Shown piece by piece: positions 9,847 to 17,501 of a stretch of DNA of 64,000 bases. Source of the DNA: Bdellovibrionales bacterium. Lineage in GTDB: Bacteria > Bdellovibrionota > Bdellovibrionia > Bdellovibrionales > UBA1609. The position numbers and the translations under genes are program-made. The first letter of the stretch is position 1; every line of letters starts with the position of its first letter. The stretch is from NCBI GenBank assembly GCA_965219095.1, contig CBDCMT010000001.1, positions 544,001 through 608,000 of the forward strand, in the 5' to 3' direction. The notes under the pieces are model-generated. The model saw only the letters and a list, made by a program, of their open reading frames with translations, was not told the DNA's origin and ran no database searches.

Positions 9847-10642
9847 ATTTCATAGACTAAGGTGAGATACTGATGGTTCTTTTTCCATTGTATTTCATCT
9901 ACACCTATAGCTTGTATTCCCTTTAAAACCCTTTGTTTTAAACCATATTCTACGACCCATTCTACCGAAGCATAGACCTGATTCCAACTGACATGAAACT
10001 TACAAGAAACCTCTTTCCAAGACAGGTGACGACACCAGTCTGCTAAGTACTTCATGTAAAAGATCGTTAAACTCTTCTTACCATCGGCCCAAGGTAAATG
10101 TTCAACTTTTACCCCACAGCAAGGACAATTGACTCTTCTTACAGCATAAACAAAGAACACCCTGTAACTTAAAATAGGAAGGGATTCAAAGTCCCGTGAT
10201 GATTTACTGCTGTCATACACTGAACAGGGCTTCTTACAAACACTACAAAAAGCTTGGCCATTTTTACGAGCCTTAATAGGAACATTAATTGACTTTCTAT
10301 CTTTTGAAAAATAAATGTCTTCGTACACAAAAGACTTCCATCTTAAACAATCATTTAGTATAGTCTTCAAAAGCATCTCTTCCCTCCTTTTTTTTTTTTT
10401 TGAATAACATTTTAAGGCATCTGGGAAGTAGGTGCTTCTTTTTTAAAATTTTAATGTAACACAGCAAATAAAAGCAAATAAAATGAATGTTTTTGAGTTC
10501 AATCACCGGAGGTGATAGAGGCCAGTAAGGGCCTCAAAGAACTCAAAAATACAAGATAGGATGTCTTACTCTTACTTTGATTAATATGAGCCTTTTTGGG
10601 GGATTTCTACTACTTTTCACCCACAGATTCCCGGGAGGAGCC
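9839..10642 (-). mobile_element. truncated ISL3 copy (left IR plus N-terminal part of transposase, 9825-10376)
   Basis: Near-identical to 44466-45271; IRL GGCTCCTCCCGGGAATCTGTGGGT starts at 10642; fused to an IS5 end at AAGCAAAG. Confidence 0.92.
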
Positions 10643-11097
10643 ATATTTTTAAGTTTTGGATTTTCTTTTTCAAGAACTGTCATGGAATCATCAATTCTTT
10701 TACCAATATTTGTCTGCTTGGCATCGTCTTGAAGGCCACGAACGCCTGTTACAGTATTTCCAAACCACCTTGCTTTTGGAGGCACCCAGAAAACATTTTG
10801 AGCTGTGTAATAATCTCTGTCTTCTAATTCTTTTTCAATTTTTTCTGGTGCTGCATTTTTATAGTAATGACTGTGCTTAGGGTTCTTAAATTGCTTTTTC
10901 AAAGTTTCTCGAAATTCATCAAAGCTATCAGAAACATATTTTAAAAATATCAAACTTAAAACTACGTGCTTATACTCAGCCGCATCCATATTAGCTCTAA
11001 GTTTATCAGCAGCTTCCCAAAGTTTTTTTTCAATGTCCGCAAGAGACTGGGATTTAGAGGTGGCTTTTTTCTTAGTCGGTTTCTTTCTTTGTTTCAT
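10643..11097 (-). pseudogene. hsdM: type I R-M methyltransferase HsdM N-terminal domain, cut by ISL3
   Basis: LWEAADKLRANMDAAEYKHVVL..IFLKYVSD, NVFWVP..ARW, IDD.M..LEKENPKLK, then reads into the ISL3 IR; catalytic domain absent. Confidence 0.9.
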
Positions 11098-11236
11098 AAT
11101 AATTTTTTAGTTTCTCAGTATAAAGGATTTTGAGCTTTTTATATAGCCTAACCATATCCCTCTGCCTAATAAATTTTCTGAGTATGTCCGTAGTTCCGTT
11201 AAAGTTTGCTAAAGAGGCCTCCTTCATAATTTAGAC

Positions 11237-11347
11237 TGTGCTGAAAAAGTGGAATCAACATTAACGTATATGCAATGCATTAGTTTTAGATTTTCAGTCT
11301 CTTCTCCTAGGGGGAATAGATGGAAAATCTAAGTGCTGTCACTATAG
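11237..11347 (+). repeat. 110-bp direct repeat copy 1 (contains IS630-like MITE hairpin, 11267-11346)
   Basis: Matches 12621-12730 with 4 substitutions and 1 indel; internal IR TTAGATTTTC/GAAAATCTAA. Confidence 0.92.
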
Positions 11348-11440
11348 ACGCCTTATGAGGGGCAAAAAAGGAACTCAAAACTCCACTTTTTTTATAATAA
11401 TGGACTTTACAACTCCATTATTTATATTAAAATCTTAAAT

Positions 11441-12601
11441 ATGTATAAAAGGCTCTTTTCACCCCCTCAGGATCAAAGCTATTTTCTCCTTGGCCCCCGA
11501 GGGACGGGAAAAACTTCTTTTATTAACTCTTTTTATAAGAGCTCTTTGAAATTTGATCTGCTCAACTCAGAGTTGTACCACAGTTTTTTAAGCTCTCCTA
11601 AAAGATTGTCTGAAAGAATCCCGTCTTCTTACAAAGGTTGGGTTGTCATTGATGAAATTCAAAAAATCCCCTCCCTTTTAGATGAAGTTCATCGGTTGAT
11701 TGAGACACGCAAACTTCGTTTTGTCCTAACAGGCTCCAGTGCTAGAAAGTTAAAGTCTAAAAATGCAAACCTTCTAGCAGGACGAGCTCTCAAATGCCAC
11801 ATGTACCCCTTGACCTCTGAAGAGTTAGGAGAGGACTTTCATTTAAATCGTTCTTTAAAATACGGAAATCTTCCTCAAGTTTTTTCATTAAAAAACCCAA
11901 AAAAGTTTTTACAAAGCTATGTACAAGTTTATCTTAAAGAAGAGATTAAAGAGGAAAGCTTAACGAGAAGTCTTCCTTCTTTTAGTCGGTTTTTAGAGGA
12001 AGCAAGTTTTTCTCAAGCAAACCCTCTTGTTATCTCTAACGTTGCACAAGACTGTCATGTAGAAAGAAAAGTTGTGGAAAATTACTTCTCTATTTTAAGA
12101 GACACTCTTTTATCTTATGAAATCCCTGTTTTTTCAAAAAGAGCTAAAAGAAGTCTTCTTTCTAAAAGAAAATTTTATTTTTTTGACACAGGTGTTTTTA
12201 GAGCCTTACGACCCCAGGGACCTCTAGATTCTCCAAGTGAGCTTAATGGAGCTGCCCTAGAGACTTTAGTTTTACAAGAAATTTTAGCTCAAAAAGAAAT
12301 CAAAAACTGGGATTACGAACTTTTTTACTGGAGAACCCAAAGGCATGTAGAAGTGGATTTTATCTTATATGGGAAAAAAGGCTTTAAAGCCATTGAGGTG
12401 AAAGCTTCCCATCGAATAAGAAAAGAGGACTTCAAAGGGCTTTTAGAATTTAAAAAAGATTATCCTGAATGTGAGTCTTTCCTCCTTTATACTGGAAAAG
12501 AAAACTATACAGAAAAAGATATTCATATTGTGGGAGTTGAAGACTTTTTGAAACATCTAGAAGATTTTATCGGCACATCAAAAAGCAGATCACTGGTTTA
12601 A
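11441..12601 (+). CDS. AAA_14 ATPase with DUF4143 / PD-(D/E)XK-like C-terminus
   Basis: Walker A GPRGTGKT, Walker B VVIDEIQK, LTGSSARKL, KFYFFDTG, FYWRT..EVDF..AIEVK. Confidence 0.88.
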   Translation: MYKRLFSPPQDQSYFLLGPRGTGKTSFINSFYKSSLKFDLLNSELYHSFLSSPKRLSERIPSSYKGWVVIDEIQKIPSLLDEVHRLIETRKLRFVLTGSSARKLKSKNANLLAGRALKCHMYPLTSEELGEDFHLNRSLKYGNLPQVFSLKNPKKFLQSYVQVYLKEEIKEESLTRSLPSFSRFLEEASFSQANPLVISNVAQDCHVERKVVENYFSILRDTLLSYEIPVFSKRAKRSLLSKRKFYFFDTGVFRALRPQGPLDSPSELNGAALETLVLQEILAQKEIKNWDYELFYWRTQRHVEVDFILYGKKGFKAIEVKASHRIRKEDFKGLLEFKKDYPECESFLLYTGKENYTEKDIHIVGVEDFLKHLEDFIGTSKSRSLV

Positions 12602-12615
12602 GCCATCATAGTGAT
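12570..12615 (+). mobile_element. IS110 family-B left-end remnant
   Basis: ATCAAAAAG.CAGATCACTGGTTTAAGCCATCATAGTGA matches the reverse complement of 58937-58975. Confidence 0.7.
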
Positions 12616-12620
12616 TAGGT

Positions 12621-12730
12621 TGTGCTAAAAAAGTGGAGTCAAAATTAACGTATATGCAATGCATTGTTTTAGATTTTCATTCTCTTCTCCTAGGGGGAAT
12701 AGATGGAAAATCTAAGTGCTGTCACTATAG
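12621..12730 (+). repeat. 110-bp direct repeat copy 2
   Basis: About 95% identical to 11237-11347. Confidence 0.92.
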
Positions 12731-12885
12731 CCTGTTTGTTTATTTGGCTTAAACTTCAAAGCAAAGGTCCAGTCAAATGAGGACACACCCTAATCATCGA
12801 AGAAGAAATTTTTTCTGAATTGAAAATAGAAGATGTAGCTCATAAAGATCATCCCCTTGTGATTTTAGCTGATAAAAGAGATTGA
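12727..12885 (+). mobile_element. IS5 right-end remnant followed by a fragment of a different IS5-type transposase N-terminus
   Basis: IACLFIWLKLQSKGPVK* plus terminal GGACACACCCT; then EDVAHKDHPLVILADKRD, resembling the HPLxxLAxxIDW motif. Confidence 0.6.
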
Positions 12886-13005
12886 AAATTCATAAGTAAA
12901 ATCAGTCGTTTACATTTTGTAAAAAAAATTATCTCATCAGATAAGTAAATTATATCAGCTATTGAAATAATTTGACTTCCAAATTTCAAAAAATTAAAAT
13001 TAAGT

Positions 13006-14199
13006 ATGAAAAGCTACAAACATCCCCAGTTTTTTAAACTTAAAAAGCGGCTCAAAGATTCCAGCCGCTTCATTCAAGTTCTTTCGGGGCCTCGACAAGT
13101 AGGAAAAACAACATTAATCCATCAAGTTTTAAAAGACCTAGGGCTTCCTTGTCTTTATGCAACCGCCGACGAACTTTTTTTACAAAGTCCTCAATGGATT
13201 TATCAACAATGGGAGGCTGCGAGAGAACTGGCGAAAAAAGAAAAAACAGCTATTTTAGTTTTAGATGAAGTTCAAAAAATTAAAAATTGGTCAGAGAGGG
13301 TGAAGCTTCTTTGGGATGAAGACCAACGCAAAAACATTTCTCTTAAAACTGTTCTTCTTGGATCCTCTCCACTTTTAATGAAGCAAGGATTAGGCGAAAG
13401 TTTAACAGGACGTTTTGAAGTTCTTCCGATGAATCATTGGTCTTTTCAGGAAATGAAAACAGCTTTTCATTTTACTTTGGAAGAATACATTTACTTTGGA
13501 GGATACCCTGGAGCAGCTCCCTTTATCAAAGATGAAGAGAGGTGGAAAGAGTACATTATTCACAGTTTTGTGGAAACAGCCTTATCTAAAGATATTCATT
13601 CGACTCATACAGTGCATAAGCCGGCTCTTATGAGACAACTCTATCAACTTAGCTGTGAGTTCTCTGGGCAAATCTTATCCTACCAAAAAATGCTAGGTCA
13701 GCTTCAAGATTCTGGAAACACAACCACTCTTGCCCATTACCTTCATATCCTTTCTACAATGGGTATGGTCTGCGGTCTTGCAAAATACTCTCCTAATCTT
13801 ATTCGCAAAAGAAGTTCTAGCCCCAAACTGCAAGTCTATAATACCGCTTTAATGAGTGTATTTTTTGAAAAAAACTTTCAGCACATAAAAAAAGATAAAA
13901 AACTTTGGGGGAGACTTGTTGAATCTTGCATCGGTACTCACCTTGCTAATCATTGTTTGACAGAGAACATTGAGCTTTACTATTGGCGTGAAGCTCAAAG
14001 AGAAGTGGATTTTGTTTTTAAAAAAAGAAATAAAGTTATTGCCCTTGAAGTCAAAAGCAATTTAGTACCAAACTATTTAGAGGCTCTTGAATTTTTTAGA
14101 AAAAAATACAATCCCTATAAATGTCTTGTAATAGGAAAAAATGGCCTAAGCCTCGATGATTTTCTGTCTCAACCTGTGAGTCATTGGTTTACCGATTGA
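13006..14199 (+). CDS. second AAA_14 ATPase with DUF4143 domain
   Basis: GPRQVGKT, LVLDEVQK, LLGSS, ESLTGRF, YFGGYP, YYWRE..EVDF..ALEVKS. Confidence 0.88.
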   Translation: MKSYKHPQFFKLKKRLKDSSRFIQVLSGPRQVGKTTLIHQVLKDLGLPCLYATADELFLQSPQWIYQQWEAARELAKKEKTAILVLDEVQKIKNWSERVKLLWDEDQRKNISLKTVLLGSSPLLMKQGLGESLTGRFEVLPMNHWSFQEMKTAFHFTLEEYIYFGGYPGAAPFIKDEERWKEYIIHSFVETALSKDIHSTHTVHKPALMRQLYQLSCEFSGQILSYQKMLGQLQDSGNTTTLAHYLHILSTMGMVCGLAKYSPNLIRKRSSSPKLQVYNTALMSVFFEKNFQHIKKDKKLWGRLVESCIGTHLANHCLTENIELYYWREAQREVDFVFKKRNKVIALEVKSNLVPNYLEALEFFRKKYNPYKCLVIGKNGLSLDDFLSQPVSHWFTD

Positions 14200-14241
14200 T
14201 CAAGCGGTGCTGTAAACCAATTGTGTAACTGTTAGATCATA

Positions 14242-14330
14242 TAACGGTAAATAGAAAAGGCATGTCACTGTTTTAACTACGATAGTTGCTCATATGGATG
14301 ACCAATCAGTCAAGCAAGAAAAGCAACTTA
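14242..14330. mobile_element. degenerate IS110 family-B left end abutting an inverted family-A right end
   Basis: TAACGGTAAATAGAAAAGGCATGTCACTG resembles the reverse complement of 58955-58985; TATGGATGACCAATCAGTCAAGCAAGAAAAG resembles the reverse complement of 59055-59085. Confidence 0.65.
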
Positions 14331-14605
14331 TAGGTAGTTAAGTTGACTTCAGTGAGGTTTGACTTATTATAAATATTATGAAAAATGTCATTGTAATCCT
14401 TTGTGTCATTTCCTTAGGTTTCTTAGGCTATAAAATGTTTTTTTCTCTTTCTGATGAACAAAAAATTTTAAAAGTCTTAGAAGAGTTTAAACAAAAGGCT
14501 TACATTACAGAGTCTTTAGGACATCTTGCCATAGTGGGAAAGGCAAAAGAGTTATCAGGTTTTTTTACTGAAAACGTAAAGTTTGTTTACAATACAAAGT
14601 CAAGG

Positions 14606-16000
14606 GAGGATGTCCCATTTCTCGGTGGAATTCTGTTCAAAAATGGAGCAGATAAGAGGACTCCCTGGTGGATTTTTAAGTCCACCTAGGATTTAATAAA
14701 TATTTAGAATGAATTAAAAATTAAACAAAAGGAGTCCAAAATGAAGAATACAAAAGAAAAAATATCAATTCAAGAACTATCGGATCACAAGGAGATTCAA
14801 GATGCTGTTCATAACTATATGAAGCATAGAATTCTTGACGTAATCTACTGGATATTTAATGACGAAGTCACTAAGCTCTGTGGTCCACTATACGATCGAG
14901 AGGAAGAATGCATGCGAAATGGAAGCGATCCTGGGTCTGTTTATGCTCAAGGACAAAGAGTTTCGATTCGAAAGCCCAGAGTTAAAAAAGACGGAAAAGA
15001 TGTCAAACTGCGAACATACTCTGCTTTGAGAAACTACGATGTTTTCACTGAAAAGATTCAGAACCACCTTCTCCATGGAGTTTCAACAAGGGACTACGAT
15101 CCTCTTTTAGAGGAGATCTCTGGTGGCACAGGAGTTAAGAAGAGTTCTGTTTCTAGAGCTTTTGTAAATTCCTCTAAGAAGGCTTTAGATGAGATAAGCT
15201 CTAAGGACTTGTCTAAGCATGAGTTTGTTTCAGTCATGATAGATGGAGTAGGCTTTGGAGATCGTACAGTGGTGGTTGCTTTAGGTATCGACGTGACGGG
15301 CAAAAAGCACATTATAGGGTTACGAGAAGGAACTACAGAAAATTGCGAGCTGACAAAAGATCTTTTAGAGAACCTTGTTTCTAGAGGTATGGATTCAGAT
15401 AAGGGCTATCTTTTTGTTATTGATGGTTCTAAAGCTCTAAGGAAGGCTATCAAGGCAGTTTGGGGAAAAAAGTCTGTTGTTCAACGTTGCATTCGTCACA
15501 AAGAAAGAAATATCCTCAATTATTTGCCAAAAGAAAGACATCAAGAGTTTCGCATTCGTTGGAAAAGACTTCATGGTTCAGTAGATTATGAATCGGCTTT
15601 GAAAGAGCATGAGGAGTTAGTTTGTTGGTTGAAACAGATCAACCATTCAGCTTTAGAATCTCTTGAAGAAGCTTGTAAGGAGACTTTGACTGTGATTCGT
15701 CTTAAAGCTACCCCCTCCTTAAAAAAGACTTTACTGTCTACAAATCCTATAGAGTCCATGTTTTCCTACACAAGGTATAGAACAGGGAGAGTTAAGAACT
15801 GGAAAAGAGGAGCAGACCAAGTGAGTCGTTGGGCTGCTGTTACTCTCTTTGATGCTGAGAAAAGATTTAAACGAATCAGAGGCTTTATGTATTTAAAAAA
15901 CTTTAAAGAAAACTTAGAAAAAATGGTTGCAAAACAAAGAAAGGTCGCTTAAACATGAAATCGCCCTCTAACTAATTCCACCGAGAAATGGGACATCCTC
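14606..16000 (+). mobile_element. complete IS256-family element
   Basis: Perfect 27-bp IRs GAGGATGTCCCATTTCTCGGTGGAATT; 8-bp TSD AGTCAAGG (14598-14605 and 16001-16008). Confidence 0.95.
14741..15952 (+). CDS. IS256 (Mutator-like) transposase
   Basis: GVSTR, MIDG, VALGID..G.K, VIDG, QRCIRHK.RN, STNPIES. Confidence 0.93.
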   Translation: MKNTKEKISIQELSDHKEIQDAVHNYMKHRILDVIYWIFNDEVTKLCGPLYDREEECMRNGSDPGSVYAQGQRVSIRKPRVKKDGKDVKLRTYSALRNYDVFTEKIQNHLLHGVSTRDYDPLLEEISGGTGVKKSSVSRAFVNSSKKALDEISSKDLSKHEFVSVMIDGVGFGDRTVVVALGIDVTGKKHIIGLREGTTENCELTKDLLENLVSRGMDSDKGYLFVIDGSKALRKAIKAVWGKKSVVQRCIRHKERNILNYLPKERHQEFRIRWKRLHGSVDYESALKEHEELVCWLKQINHSALESLEEACKETLTVIRLKATPSLKKTLLSTNPIESMFSYTRYRTGRVKNWKRGADQVSRWAAVTLFDAEKRFKRIRGFMYLKNFKENLEKMVAKQRKVA

Positions 16001-16270
16001 AGTCAAGGGCCTATAATACTGTTAAAAATAAAGAAAACTTAAAACAAAAAACTTTTTTTATCTATAACTATATTCAATTTTTAAAGCTAGAGAACTCGCA
16101 TTTTCAAGTAGAGATAAAAAATAGAAAGGCATATGTAACGTTTAGAGGGAAGGCACTCTGGAAGAAAAGAAGGAGTTCTGAAATGCGTTCAGAAACCATG
16201 AATCTTAAAGTAAGTTTTCAAAAAAATGAAGACAATGAATGGAAATGTTTTTTAGCAGAAAATATAGTTT

Positions 16271-17029
16271 CTAATTAACTTTTTTATTTTTTTTATGAAA
16301 AAAGACTAGATAACAAAGAGCCACAAGTGATAAAAGGATAAAATGTAAACTGATCCAACTAGGTGCTTTAAGACCAAAGGCAAGTGCAGGGCCTCGGTAA
16401 TCATCTCTGAAAGGCTCTATAAGAATCCTCAAAAGACAATGCCCTAACAACCATGAAAAAAACAGTACTCCTTGTTTGGGCTTCTTATGCTTTTCTAGAA
16501 AAAGAAGAAAGCTTAATAAACATAGTTCTGAGAAAGAGGAATAAAGTTGAGTGGGATGTCGTGAGTAAGGAGAGAACTCAAATTGCACAGCCCAAGGAAA
16601 ATTACAATACATTCCATAACAGCAACCGTGAAAAAAACAAGCAAGCCTTCCTATTCCACAGCCCAAAGAAACAGGTAAAGAGAGTTTATCAGCCCAAAAC
16701 AAAAAAGGCTCTTTTTTCAAAGAACAGAACAGAAGACAAGCTAAAAGTCCTCCTATCAAACCTCCAAAAAAACCAAAACCTCCATCCCAGATATAAAAAA
16801 CATAAAAAGGCCGATCTTTGTAAAACCAAGGAACTTCATAAATAACATGATAGAGTCTTCCTCCTAAAAGTCCTCCTGAAAAAAGCATGAAACTTAAAGT
16901 CATAGCTAAAGAACGAACTCCTTTTGTACGTTTAAAGAAATAGAAGATTCCTATAAGAAAAGCTAAGCTTACTATAAGCCAGTAAACTTCTATTTCAAAA
17001 AGACTGAAAATATTAAGATGGGGTTTCAC
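16271..17029 (-). CDS. lgt: prolipoprotein diacylglyceryl transferase
   Basis: GGRLYHV, IWDGG..FFGG, IGRLACFFHGCCYG, RHPTQLY. Confidence 0.9.
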   Translation of the reverse strand: MKPHLNIFSLFEIEVYWLIVSLAFLIGIFYFFKRTKGVRSLAMTLSFMLFSGGLLGGRLYHVIYEVPWFYKDRPFYVFYIWDGGFGFFGGLIGGLLACLLFCSLKKEPFLFWADKLSLPVSLGCGIGRLACFFHGCCYGMYCNFPWAVQFEFSPYSRHPTQLYSSFSELCLLSFLLFLEKHKKPKQGVLFFSWLLGHCLLRILIEPFRDDYRGPALAFGLKAPSWISLHFILLSLVALCYLVFFHKKNKKVN

Positions 17030-17501
17030 TTTTTTCTTCCTTATGGAATATAAAAATACCTATAAGGCCTATGACAATAGCTGAATCAGCAACATTGAAA
17101 GCAGGAAAATGATAACTTTTATAGTAAAAATCTAAGAAGTCTATAACGTAGTCATAACGAAGGCGATCCATGTAATTTCCAAGGGTTCCTCCACATACAA
17201 GAGCAAGAAAGAAAACTGGTAGTTTTTGGCTGTTTTTAAGATCTTTTAACATATAAAATATAGCGATTAAAACCAAAGGTGGTATGGTAAGTAGAAGTGT
17301 TTTTCTTAGATCATAGTTAGCATTCTGTAAAAACCCAAAAGCAGCTCCCTTGTTTTTAACAAAAGTGATGTTAAAAAAATTATGGATTACAGGAACACTT
17401 TCTCCTAAGTAGAATTGAGTATGAATGTAAACTTTTGTAGCTTGATCGAGAAAAAATATAAAAAGCCCTACAAAAAGGGAAGCTAGGTATTTTAGTTGCA
17501 T
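17013..17501 (-). CDS. lspA: lipoprotein signal peptidase II
   Basis: DQATK, NKGAAFG, GNYMDR, VIDFL, FPAFNVADS. Confidence 0.95.
   Translation of the reverse strand: MQLKYLASLFVGLFIFFLDQATKVYIHTQFYLGESVPVIHNFFNITFVKNKGAAFGFLQNANYDLRKTLLLTIPPLVLIAIFYMLKDLKNSQKLPVFFLALVCGGTLGNYMDRLRYDYVIDFLDFYYKSYHFPAFNVADSAIVIGLIGIFIFHKEEKSETPS

Larger units (their letters stand above)
14378..16278 (+). pseudogene. membrane-anchored protein (possibly NTF2/SnoaL-like) interrupted by IS256
   Basis: Removing 14606-16008 rejoins YNTKSR|AYNTVK in frame, giving about 165 aa; fold call is a guess. Confidence 0.8.

Noticed and set aside
11237..12730. Integron attC sites flanking the ATPase
   Set aside because: No convincing RYYYAAC...GTTRRRY ends and no integrase in the window; an IS630-like MITE fits better.
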